NCBI GenBank assembly: GCA_031411335.1
Contig: JANOAX010000264.1
Location: 1 to 61,660, forward strand
Direction: 5' to 3'
Origin: Bacteroidota bacterium
Lineage (GTDB): Bacteria; Bacteroidota; Bacteroidia; AKYH767-A; OLB10
DNA length: 61,660 nucleotides
Program-made: the position numbers and the translations under genes
The notes under the pieces: generated by a model
The model's database searches: none
What the model saw: the letters and a program-made list of their open reading frames with translations, nothing else
Told to the model about the DNA's origin: nothing
Shown: positions 14,967-23,876 of the stretch, one piece after another
Numbering within the stretch: position 1 is the first letter of the stretch
Layout: each line of letters opens with the position of its first letter

Positions 14967-17821
14967 TATCCTGCCAATGCTTGGTTTAGTTCTTCGATAA
15001 TAATGTCAGTGTTGTCCCCGAATAATTGCCACATCTTGCTCAAGCCACCTTGTGCGTTGAAGGGGTTTAAATCAAAATCATCTTTCTCAATATTATAAGA
15101 TGTTGCTACATACTCTTTAATCATACGCAACCATTGCATTTGTTCTTCTGTAAAACGGTTGTGTTGCCCTGCGTTCTTTTTTAAAATCCAGTCACGAAAA
15201 TTCTTGTCAACCGTTTTTGAGAAATCATTCAAGGTTGTATCCATACCAGTTACATTCCGCAACAAACTCACTAAAGCAATCAACTCGTTTTTAGGCTGGC
15301 CGGTAACTTTTTCCAACTGTTCGTAGCATCGCCAAATATATATAGGCGCTAGATTGGGTTTGGCGGCAACCAATTTTTGCAACACCTCTTTAATCATCGA
15401 ATAAGTAAGTTCTCGTCTTCGGTATGGTTGTTTGTAAAAAATTTGTAATGCAGTTAACTCATCTTTATTTTCCTGCATCCATTGTTCAAAATCTTTTATA
15501 AGTGCCTCGGCCTTTTGCTTATTGTCTTTGTCCCAACCAACATTTATTACGCTGTCGGGATTTAGTAAATCAATTTTCTGTTCGTGTGCCTTGCGAACAT
15601 TTTCAATGTATTCATTTAACTCACCTGAGAAAACTTTTGCCGCGCTGTTCTGTAACGCTGTAACCAAAGCATTATACTTTTCTTCTTTCTCTGTGTGTGC
15701 AGCACCTACATTTTCGGTTTCAACCTTTGTCCGAATATCTTCAAGCGTATCAGGATTAAAGGCGTTTAACAAATCTTTCACAACTTGCGAAACGGTTTTG
15801 CCTTCAGCTATTTTTTCAAACTTCTGTTTTTCCTTTTCTGTAATTTGTTTGTCAAGACGTGTAAGTCGATTTGCAATCGATGTGAATATTTCTTCTTCTC
15901 GTGCACCGTATGAAATAGCTTGTAATAATTCCTTTAATGGAACACCTGGCTTTTTCTCCAAAGGACGGCTATCTGTTTTCAAACTTTTAGTAACGCCAAT
16001 TGCATCAACAATTACAAAATGGTCTTTCGTGCTTTTTGCTGTAGGTGTAACTTTTTTCAAATCATCCAACAGAATTGTACGTGTGCCTCTGCCTTTCATC
16101 TGCTCAAAATAATTTCTGCTTTTTACATCCCTCATAAAAAGCAAACATTCCAACGGCTTTACATCAGTGCCTGTTGCAATCATATCAACCGTTACTGCTA
16201 TTCTAGGATAATAATCATTTCTGAATTGAGCCAGTACGCTTTTAGCATCATCGGCTTTGTACGTTATTTTTTTGCAGAAACGATTTTCTTCTGCAAATTC
16301 TTTACGTACAGCCTGTATTATATCATCAGCGTGTGAATCGGTTTTGGCGAATATTAAAGTTTTAGGAACTTCAAACTGCCACACAGTATCATTTGGGCCG
16401 TGCTTCATAATTGGAAAAAAGCATTCCTCCTTCTTTAAATCATTATTTAAAAACCATCTTTCTGGAAATAAATTAGGTAGATTTTCTTTAAAAGATCTTA
16501 TGATGGTAGTAATTTGATTGGGGTTCACAATGTCTTTATCCAACTGTTGCGACGTGTACGTTTCATCTTCGTCTTGCAACTCCAATCTTTTCTTTCTACT
16601 CAATCGCTCTCGATGTTCTACATATTCACCTTTCCAAATAGTTGCTCCTTGCTTGGTAATTTTTGTTTCAATAATAAATACATTATAACCTACATTCACT
16701 CCATCTGCAACAGCCATTTCATGTGAATATTCGCTCACCACATTTTGTTCAAAGTATGCAATGGTTCTTGCATCCGGTGTCGCTGTAAGACCCACTTCAA
16801 AAGCATCAAAATAATCTAACACTTGCTTCCACAAATTGTAAATGCTCCGATGGCACTCGTCAATAACAATGAAGTCAAAAAACTCGATCGGAATTTTTTC
16901 ACTGTATGCAATTGGAGGCACTTCTTTAGGTTGCCACTTTCTTTCATTAGGGTTTTCTTCTTCAGCACTTTCTTCTAACTCTGTTCCTTTAAGAATTGAA
17001 TACAGTCGCTGAATAGTGCTGATGCAAACTTGACTATCACTGGCAACAAAACTTGAACGCAACCTTTGAACATTGTAAAGCTCTGTGAACTTTCGGTTGT
17101 CGTCAACGGGAATATAATTGAGAAATTCTTGTTCTGCTTGTTCGCCTAAGTTTTTAGTATCAACCAAAAACAAAATGCGTTTTGCTTTTGAGAACTTTAG
17201 CAAGCGATAAATAGAGGTTATTGCAGTAAAGGTTTTTCCTGCACCTGTTGCCATTTGTATTAATGCTTTTGGTCGATTCGCTTTGAAAGAAATTTCCAAA
17301 TTGTTGATCGCCGAAATTTGACAATCTCTCAAACCGTTAATAGCTAATACGGGCAAGTCGGCCAATCTTCCTCTTAAAGAGACAGCTTGTTCCTTATCCT
17401 TACTAATCCTCAGCCACTCTCGAAAAGTTTCGGGTCTATGGAATGAAAACACTTCTCTTGACCTTGGTTTGGGGTCATGGTAATCGGTGAAACGCGTTAC
17501 TGTGCCTGTGCTTTCATACACAAAAGGTAAAGGCTTATTATCAAGGTGTTTGAGCTTTGCTTTTGAATAATCTTCACTTTGATTTTCGTGAAACGTTAAG
17601 CGATGGCCTTCTTCTTCCCGTTTAGCTTCAATGATTCCACATGGTTTACCATCTACGAACAAAACATAATCCGCGGGCCCAATATCGGTTTGAAATTCTC
17701 TAACGGCAACTCCAATGTTGGCTTGCAAGTTAATTCTTGCCTTATCCTGAATAGCCCAACCACTACGTTGCAAAGCAACGTCTATTTGGTCTCTTGCTAT
17801 TTGTTCAGGGTTCTGGTTCAT
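14966..17821 (-). CDS. hsdR: Type I restriction enzyme, restriction (helicase/endonuclease) subunit
   Basis: 951 aa. The N-terminal nuclease region reads DYVLFVDGKPCGIIEAKRE (PD-(D/E)xK-like). SF2 motif I is QMATGAGKTF and motif II is VIDECHRS. The long helical C-terminal domain is typical of the EcoEI-R-like C-terminus. Confidence 0.95.
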   Translation of the reverse strand: MNQNPEQIARDQIDVALQRSGWAIQDKARINLQANIGVAVREFQTDIGPADYVLFVDGKPCGIIEAKREEEGHRLTFHENQSEDYSKAKLKHLDNKPLPFVYESTGTVTRFTDYHDPKPRSREVFSFHRPETFREWLRISKDKEQAVSLRGRLADLPVLAINGLRDCQISAINNLEISFKANRPKALIQMATGAGKTFTAITSIYRLLKFSKAKRILFLVDTKNLGEQAEQEFLNYIPVDDNRKFTELYNVQRLRSSFVASDSQVCISTIQRLYSILKGTELEESAEEENPNERKWQPKEVPPIAYSEKIPIEFFDFIVIDECHRSIYNLWKQVLDYFDAFEVGLTATPDARTIAYFEQNVVSEYSHEMAVADGVNVGYNVFIIETKITKQGATIWKGEYVEHRERLSRKKRLELQDEDETYTSQQLDKDIVNPNQITTIIRSFKENLPNLFPERWFLNNDLKKEECFFPIMKHGPNDTVWQFEVPKTLIFAKTDSHADDIIQAVRKEFAEENRFCKKITYKADDAKSVLAQFRNDYYPRIAVTVDMIATGTDVKPLECLLFMRDVKSRNYFEQMKGRGTRTILLDDLKKVTPTAKSTKDHFVIVDAIGVTKSLKTDSRPLEKKPGVPLKELLQAISYGAREEEIFTSIANRLTRLDKQITEKEKQKFEKIAEGKTVSQVVKDLLNAFNPDTLEDIRTKVETENVGAAHTEKEEKYNALVTALQNSAAKVFSGELNEYIENVRKAHEQKIDLLNPDSVINVGWDKDNKQKAEALIKDFEQWMQENKDELTALQIFYKQPYRRRELTYSMIKEVLQKLVAAKPNLAPIYIWRCYEQLEKVTGQPKNELIALVSLLRNVTGMDTTLNDFSKTVDKNFRDWILKKNAGQHNRFTEEQMQWLRMIKEYVATSYNIEKDDFDLNPFNAQGGLSKMWQLFGDNTDIIIEELNQALAG

Positions 17822-17944
17822 TTAAAATATTCAATAATAAGATTGACAAAGTAACAAAACAGAACCGAAGATTGCTCTTCGAAGCGGAAAAAGCGAATGA
17901 ACAACACTCTTCCTATTATTTTAATGGGCTAATAACTATAAATT

Positions 17945-18994
17945 TTACTCCACCACCAGCTTCCCACTTGCATTTAAACTTTTCACCGACCACAAATAAA
18001 CTCCGTTTTGTAAATTGTTTACATAAAAAGAATATTGCTTTATGCCTTTCATTGGGGTTTCACGTATCACTTTCCCGTTCATATCACAAAGCTGGAAAAT
18101 GTCGTTTTTGGTTCCTTCCTGTGGTAAAGAAACATTAACCAGATTGGATGTCGGATTTGGGAATACATGAACAGTGGTTGTTGCTGATGGATTTTCGCCT
18201 ACCGATGTGGTAAACCAGTTATACATATAGGCACTTCGGCTGCATTGTGTTCCTGCGCTATCTGCTTCCAATGTTAATACGATGGTTGGTTGCGATCCTT
18301 TAAACCAACGGTAAAGTGTATTTTGTTCTATGGATGGAGGAGAAAATGAAAAAAATACTCCGTTCCCTGCGGTATCTGCTAACAAACTATCGGTTATTAT
18401 TTCTGTTTGTTTCGTGCGAAGGGAATTGGCGTGAGTTACTCCTGGCAACTGAAGAGTGCCATAACCGTCGCACAAAAATGAAATATTTACTTGATGTACA
18501 AATCGAATATAAGGCAATGCTGTATCTATATCAATCACATATTTATACATGCTGTTATAATTATCTAAGTACGTGAACGGCGTTGGAACAAATCGATATG
18601 CTGGAGCAAAAGGAATTGCGTTTTGTCCAAAGGGTGGTTCAACAGTATAGAAATAATACCCATCTAAATAGAGTCCAGAAATATTGCTGGTGACATATAA
18701 ATACGAGCTGTCTTCTTCTTGATGAATTGCTAAATTAGAATTGGGAAAATCACTTGCACCATAGGGCGTACTTGCCGCTGTTAAAAGGGTGGTAGTATCT
18801 AGTGATGTTGTTAAAAGACCTGAATAGTTCCATGTTTGATTTGCGCCTCCAGGGGTAATCGCAGCATTATAAAATTCATCTACCGCTTCTATCCATGTTT
18901 GTCCAGCTGGAGGAAGGTGAGTGCTGTTAATGGTGATTTGTGCAGACACCTGTAAGCTGCAAAATATAAATACAAGATGTAGAATTTTTTTCAT
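17945..18994 (-). CDS. Secreted protein with a T9SS (Por) C-terminal sorting domain
   Basis: A signal peptide (MKKILHLVFIFCSLQVSAQ) starts at the internal ATG 18994; the ORF-track start at 19030 adds 12 implausible residues. The C-terminal tail VHVFPNPTSNLVNVSL...GVYLWSVKS...GKLVVE is typical of a type A T9SS sorting domain. Confidence 0.75.
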   Translation of the reverse strand: MKKILHLVFIFCSLQVSAQITINSTHLPPAGQTWIEAVDEFYNAAITPGGANQTWNYSGLLTTSLDTTTLLTAASTPYGASDFPNSNLAIHQEEDSSYLYVTSNISGLYLDGYYFYTVEPPFGQNAIPFAPAYRFVPTPFTYLDNYNSMYKYVIDIDTALPYIRFVHQVNISFLCDGYGTLQLPGVTHANSLRTKQTEIITDSLLADTAGNGVFFSFSPPSIEQNTLYRWFKGSQPTIVLTLEADSAGTQCSRSAYMYNWFTTSVGENPSATTTVHVFPNPTSNLVNVSLPQEGTKNDIFQLCDMNGKVIRETPMKGIKQYSFYVNNLQNGVYLWSVKSLNASGKLVVE

Positions 18995-19067
18995 GATGGT
19001 AGAATCAGACAATAAAAGTAATAATACCAATTGAATTAATTGTTTGAACCAATATTAATTTTCTTGT

Positions 19068-19091
19068 AGGGGCGCATTGCAATGCGCCCCT
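19068..19091. terminator. Perfect palindromic GC-rich hairpin overlapping the methyltransferase stop codon
   Basis: AGGGGCGCAT-tgca-ATGCGCCCCT has a 10-bp stem and 4-nt loop and overlaps the stop codon of the minus-strand methyltransferase. There is no clean U-tract, so it could be a REP-like element or a terminator. Confidence 0.5.
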
Positions 19092-19980
19092 ACTTCTTCG
19101 TAAAAACATAAAGCAACGACGAATTTTTATCAATGTCCCTTTTTCCTTTGATGGTCGTTTGCATTCCATACCACATAGCCGAAATGAAATTTTTTGATCC
19201 GTTTTTATACCCTCCACTCAATAGCGAAATGTAGAAAGGATCAAAGAACAAGGGTTGAATACTGTGACACTCAAAACCGGCATTCGCCATCAATTGGAGC
19301 ATTGGCTTTCTACTAAAATGATATAAATGACGTGGAACATCGTAAGCCGCCCAATGGGGTCCATAAATTTCGGCTTCATACGCCGTTCTATTAGGAACCG
19401 CTATCACCAAAACCCCTTTCGAGCTTAAGCATCTTTTAAGTTGATCTACTGTCTCCTTTAGCAGATGTACATGTTCTAATACATGCCACAAGGTAATCGC
19501 ACCAAATTGTCCAGAAGGAAGTTCTTTTAAATATTCGGGGCGATCCACATTCAATGAATGATTTTCTATTGCTAGTTTTCTAGCGTCATCGTCTGGTTCT
19601 AACCCCGCGCAAATCCATCCTTCTGCTTTTGCTGCTGCTAGAAACTCTCCTGTACCACAACCATAGTCAAGAAGAGTCCGCGGAGTAGGATCTAAAGTGC
19701 TTATAAAATCAAGCTTTGTTCGAATTGCACGTTTTCTCGCTAGTTGATAAAGGCTATTCATTAAGCCCTTTCCACTGTTCGTATGGCTAATGTAGTCGCT
19801 TGATTTATAGTACTTACCAATTGCATTGGGTGCTGGGCGAGGATTGGTATAAACGAAGTCGCAGGAAGGACATTTCACAAGTTGGAAAACCTCTTCCGAC
19901 ACGGTATAATCTTTTACTTCGAGATAGGGAACCGACCCTGTATGTCCACATACTGGACAATGTTCAAGCAACTCTGGCAT
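19090..19980 (-). CDS. Class I SAM-dependent methyltransferase with an N-terminal zinc ribbon
   Basis: 296 aa with CPVCGH...CPSCDF (4-Cys ribbon), SAM motif LLDYGCGTGEF and post-I/II motifs (ITLWHVLEHV). Confidence 0.8.
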   Translation of the reverse strand: MPELLEHCPVCGHTGSVPYLEVKDYTVSEEVFQLVKCPSCDFVYTNPRPAPNAIGKYYKSSDYISHTNSGKGLMNSLYQLARKRAIRTKLDFISTLDPTPRTLLDYGCGTGEFLAAAKAEGWICAGLEPDDDARKLAIENHSLNVDRPEYLKELPSGQFGAITLWHVLEHVHLLKETVDQLKRCLSSKGVLVIAVPNRTAYEAEIYGPHWAAYDVPRHLYHFSRKPMLQLMANAGFECHSIQPLFFDPFYISLLSGGYKNGSKNFISAMWYGMQTTIKGKRDIDKNSSLLYVFTKK

Positions 19981-20350
19981 ATTTTCGTATAGGCGTCAAC
20001 GTTAGACTCTCCCATAGAGCAAATGTAACGATTATCATGGTTATAATGAGCAATTTGACTGACTTTTTAGGGCAATTTTAGCGTGTATTTTTTATGTTAA
20101 CTCTTATTCGTATTGATTTAGCAGCGCCCATGTTACTCTTAAACTTGAGGTTCCACGAAAAACATCTGTTTCATATGGAAGTACTCTGTATTTCGGTTTT
20201 TCTATTTGATTTTACGTTGATTTAAACTGAATTTTTACCACAATTTAGCTCTCAAAATACCTGAATTAAGGTGTGAATTATTGGATCGGAACCCTCCATT
20301 GTCTATTCAAGTTTCTCTCAAGATAAACATCAACAAACTCCCATTAAGAC

Positions 20351-20591
20351 TCTATTCACTTTAGACGAGCTTTTACTAACGGTCACTTTTAGCCCCGAAA
20401 CTTCACTTCTTTGCAATTTCTGATTCAGTGGAAGGCTTATTACCGGTCTATCTAACCCCTATTTTTTCATTCTATGTCTCTTTTTACTGTAGACGAAGGT
20501 TTACTAACGGTCTATCCAACCCACACCTTTTCACTTTATGTAACTTTTCACTGTAGACGAAGGTTTACTAACGGTTAGTTCCACGTGGAAC
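20351..20591. repeat. Non-coding tandem repeat of about 64 bp, four copies (two well conserved, two degenerate)
   Basis: The core cactgtagacgaaggtttactaacggtctatccaaccc is present at about 20486 and 20549. Diverged copies lie at about 20356 (cactttagacgagcttttactaacggtcac) and about 20426 (cagtggaaggcttattaccggtctatctaaccc). The array ends in the palindrome GTTCCACGTGGAAC (20578-20591). Confidence 0.8.
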
Positions 20592-20622
20592 CACCCAGTT
20601 CACACAGACTTTTTAAAAAAAT

Positions 20623-22494
20623 TTATCTTCCTATATAAACCATCAATATGGATATATCAGCAGGGTTTACGCCTGATATTCGACTGGCTTGACCCAGCGT
20701 TGCAGGCCTAATTTCTGTGAATTTCTGGCGAGCTTCATTACTTAGACTTTGGATTTTGGAGTAGTCAATGTCTTCCCGTATGCCTACATTTTCCAATCTA
20801 TTCATCTTTTCCGCAAGTTCAAACTCACGTTCAATATAGCCTTCGTACTTAATGTTTATTTCAGCTTGCTCGATCGTTTCTTCGTCTTTTGAAATTTCAT
20901 TTACCAACTTTTCTACAACCGGAATTGCGTTCATCATTTCATTGAGTCCAACTTGAGGCCGACTCAAAATATTTACAATTTTTAGTTTTTGACGAATTGG
21001 ATCTGTTTTTAACACTTCCAACCACGGATTTATTTCTTCTGGAGAAATAGACGTTTCTTTTATTGATTTCACAATTAGCTGATAATCAATACTTTTTGTA
21101 TTTGAGGCGTCAAATCGTTCTTTTGTTGCAAGTCCAATTTCGTATCCTAAAGGCGTTAATCTTAAATCCGCATTATCTTGACGCAATAAAGTTCTGAATT
21201 CTGCCCGGCTTGTAAACATTCGATACGGCTCATCCGTACCCTTGGTAATTAGGTCATCGATCAAAACTCCGATATAGGCATCGGACCTTCCCAATACTAT
21301 TTCCGAAGCTTCATTCATTTTCCGGTGGGCATTGATTCCAGCCATCAATCCCTGGCAGGCTGCTTCCTCATATCCGGTGGTTCCATTGATTTGTCCGGCG
21401 AAATAAAGTCCCTCCACAAGCTTGGTTTCAAGTGTTGGCTTAAGTTGTGTAGGCGGGAAATAATCGTACTCAATGGCGTAACCTGGACGGAACATTTTGC
21501 AGTTTTCAAAACCTTCAATTAACCTCAAAGCCCTCAATTGAACATCCTCGGGGAGCGATGATGAAAACCCATTAACATAGATTTCGACCGTATCCCAGCC
21601 CTCCGGTTCAACAAATAACTGGTGGCGATCGCGGTCGGCAAAGCGGGAAATTTTGTCCTCAATACTTGGGCAATACCTTGGACCCAAACCTTGAATTCGA
21701 CCCGTAAACATGGGCGATTTCTCGAATCCAGTCCTCAAAACATCGTGTACATTCTCGTTGGTATAGGTAATATGACAAGGCCGCTGCGTAGCCGGAATCG
21801 GCGTTTTTGTAAAGCTAAATCGACCTGGATGGGCATCTCCTTCCTGAACTTCCATCTTCGAATAGTCAAGCGATCTGCCATCAATTCGAGGTGGTGTACC
21901 CGTTTTCATTCGACCACTGGTAAACCCAAGCTCTATGAGCTGTTCGGTAATGCCCGTAGAGGCCTTTTCGCCCGTTCTACCGCCTCCAAACTGCTTCTCG
22001 CCTATATGGATAATCCCATTTAAAAAGGTGCCATTGGTAAGCACTACAGAGCGCGTATTGAAAACAAGTCCCATGGATGTTTTTACTCCAGTAACCTTAC
22101 CCTGTTCCACGACAATCCCATTGGCCATATCCTGCCAGAAGTCGACATTGGGAGTTTGCTCTAACATCTTCCTCCACTCGGAGGCAAATAGCATTCGGTC
22201 ATTCTGTGTCCTTGGGCTCCACATGGCAGGTCCTTTCGACCTATTTAACATCCTAAATTGGATGGCAGATCGGTCACTAACAATCCCCGAATAGCCTCCC
22301 AAAGCATCAATTTCTCTTACAATTTGCCCTTTGGCAATACCGCCCATAGCGGGATTACAACTCATCTGAGCGATGGTTTGCATATTCATGGTCATCAACA
22401 AAACCGTTGATCCCATGTTAGCGGCGGCGGCGGCGGCTTCGCAACCTGCGTGTCCTGCCCCCACTACAATTACATCGTATGTTTGATCATTCAT
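20623..22494 (-). CDS. mnmG: tRNA uridine-5-carboxymethylaminomethyl(34) synthesis enzyme MnmG (GidA)
   Basis: 623 aa with an FAD motif ([16 protein letters not shown]) and conserved GidA blocks along the whole length ([46 protein letters not shown]). Confidence 0.97.
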   Translation of the reverse strand: MNDQTYDVIVVGAGHAGCEAAAAAANMGSTVLLMTMNMQTIAQMSCNPAMGGIAKGQIVREIDALGGYSGIVSDRSAIQFRMLNRSKGPAMWSPRTQNDRMLFASEWRKMLEQTPNVDFWQDMANGIVVEQGKVTGVKTSMGLVFNTRSVVLTNGTFLNGIIHIGEKQFGGGRTGEKASTGITEQLIELGFTSGRMKTGTPPRIDGRSLDYSKMEVQEGDAHPGRFSFTKTPIPATQRPCHITYTNENVHDVLRTGFEKSPMFTGRIQGLGPRYCPSIEDKISRFADRDRHQLFVEPEGWDTVEIYVNGFSSSLPEDVQLRALRLIEGFENCKMFRPGYAIEYDYFPPTQLKPTLETKLVEGLYFAGQINGTTGYEEAACQGLMAGINAHRKMNEASEIVLGRSDAYIGVLIDDLITKGTDEPYRMFTSRAEFRTLLRQDNADLRLTPLGYEIGLATKERFDASNTKSIDYQLIVKSIKETSISPEEINPWLEVLKTDPIRQKLKIVNILSRPQVGLNEMMNAIPVVEKLVNEISKDEETIEQAEINIKYEGYIEREFELAEKMNRLENVGIREDIDYSKIQSLSNEARQKFTEIRPATLGQASRISGVNPADISILMVYIGR

Positions 22495-22725
22495 TGTTCC
22501 ACGTGAAACGCTAGTTTAAACTATACACAGGATGTGTATAAAAACAAATATATTGTATATCAACCAATTATACAAGTTAATAAACAGTTAATGAACTGAG
22601 TTATAAACAAGTAAATGTGCATTTTAGAAAATACAGTTACCTTTCGAGTACCGACATCTCGTCCTAATAAAATGAAATCATCGAATAAATAGAGTAAATT
22701 TAACGGGTGCCAAGGGCACGTGGAA

Positions 22726-23157
22726 CTACAAAAACTTTCTCTTTACAAGATAAAAATTCTCCTTTTGAGTCATCTTCAACTTTGATTTCGGGTCCTTATC
22801 GCCATAACCACATAAATGAAGAGTGCCGTGTACAATTACGCGGTGTAATTCATCTATTAGATTGATATTTAGTGTCTTAGCGTTATCTTTGATGCGATCT
22901 AGACTAAGGTATAGTTCGCCAGAAACTTCGATTTTACTTTCTGACTGATCAAAAGTGATAATATCCGTATAGGTTTTGTGTTTAAGATACTGCACATTCA
23001 TCTTAAATAAATACTCATCACTACAGAGGATAATGCTTAATTCTCCGAGACGAAATCCTTCTTTCTTGATAACATCAGACAGCCATAAACGGATCCCGTT
23101 TTTACTTCGCAAAACGTAGGACACATCGGCATTAAAAAATGAAATGGAAGCGGGCAT
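22726..23157 (-). CDS. ybeY: rRNA maturation endoribonuclease YbeY
   Basis: 143 aa with the zinc motif HGTLHLCGYGD (HxxxHxxxxxH-type) near the C-terminus. Size is typical. Confidence 0.9.
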   Translation of the reverse strand: MPASISFFNADVSYVLRSKNGIRLWLSDVIKKEGFRLGELSIILCSDEYLFKMNVQYLKHKTYTDIITFDQSESKIEVSGELYLSLDRIKDNAKTLNINLIDELHRVIVHGTLHLCGYGDKDPKSKLKMTQKENFYLVKRKFL

Positions 23158-23230
23158 TTAGAGAGGGAGATAATTCATCTACAAAAACCCAAGAGTAAAC
23201 ATGGGAGACGAATCCTGTAAGTACTGACTT

Positions 23231-23704
23231 TTATTCGGCAATATGGCCACTCGTTTTGAAATATAATTCCACCACGCGTCCATTTTCCGAAAAGATAATT
23301 TGATCAGCCAAATGTTTCATTAGAAACACACCTCGGCCTGTTGGCTTTTCTAGGTTTACTGGATCAGTTGGATCAGGAAGGTTCATATAGTCGAAGCCTT
23401 GGCCTTCATCGGAAATTGTGAATGCGATTTGGTCAGGGTCAATTTCAAAGGAGATATTTACCATCTTATCAGCATCGTATTTATTGCCATGCTGAATGGC
23501 ATTATTTACAGCTTCCGTTACAGCAACTAAAATATTACCATAACACTCTTCATGTAAATTATTGTCGGCTTTAATCTCGTCAATGAGTTTCTCTACCTGA
23601 TTGATGCTCTCGGGCTGTGAGGCAATTTGCATAGTTGAAGTCTGCTTTTCTGTGTTCATGTAAATCATGTTGCTGAAACTGCCTATTTCTTTGTCACTTT
23701 CCAC
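23231..23704 (-). CDS. Anti-sigma regulatory factor (RsbW/SpoIIAB-like Ser/Thr kinase, HATPase_c_2)
   Basis: Has an N-box-like VTEAVNNAIQHGN and G-boxes DEGQGFD and GRGVFLM. The start is uncertain (M1, M13/M16 or M25). Confidence 0.7.
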   Translation of the reverse strand: MESDKEIGSFSNMIYMNTEKQTSTMQIASQPESINQVEKLIDEIKADNNLHEECYGNILVAVTEAVNNAIQHGNKYDADKMVNISFEIDPDQIAFTISDEGQGFDYMNLPDPTDPVNLEKPTGRGVFLMKHLADQIIFSENGRVVELYFKTSGHIAE

Positions 23705-23876
23705 CGAGGTGGCTTTTGTTGATTCTTAAGACTACGAAACTACAAAGTTCCTGCAAGTGCGAATGTAATAGAAAAGTTTTTTTACTAACCGATGAGTGTT
23801 AGGTTATATTCCCAAAATTCTGAATCTCCTCCACCTTGTTCTTCCTCGTCAACAAACGAATAGAAGGAGAGAAGGA

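Noticed and set aside
15522-16726. Plus-strand ORFs of 70-196 aa inside hsdR (15522..16112, 16019..16336, 16257..16517, 16514..16726)
   Set aside because: They are antisense to a confidently identified hsdR and have low-complexity F/S/C-rich translations. This is the typical shadow-ORF pattern. The same logic applies to the antisense ORFs inside mnmG, hsdM, czcA, glnS, gltX, the SulP gene and the coiled-coil gene.
19005-19217. 70-aa minus-strand ORF spanning the GC-rich palindrome
   Set aside because: It overlaps the 3' end of the methyltransferase gene out of frame and reads through the AGGGGCGCATTGCAATGCGCCCCT hairpin (translated GALQCAP). This is an artefact of the hairpin.
20351-20591. 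Possible CRISPR array (repeated ~25-nt core with ~39-nt intervening sequence)
   Set aside because: The would-be spacers are themselves homologous to one another (ctatccaacccacaccttttcactttatg versus ctatctaacccctattttttcattctatg). It is therefore a plain ~64-bp tandem duplication. There are only four copies, two of them degenerate, and no cas genes in the window.
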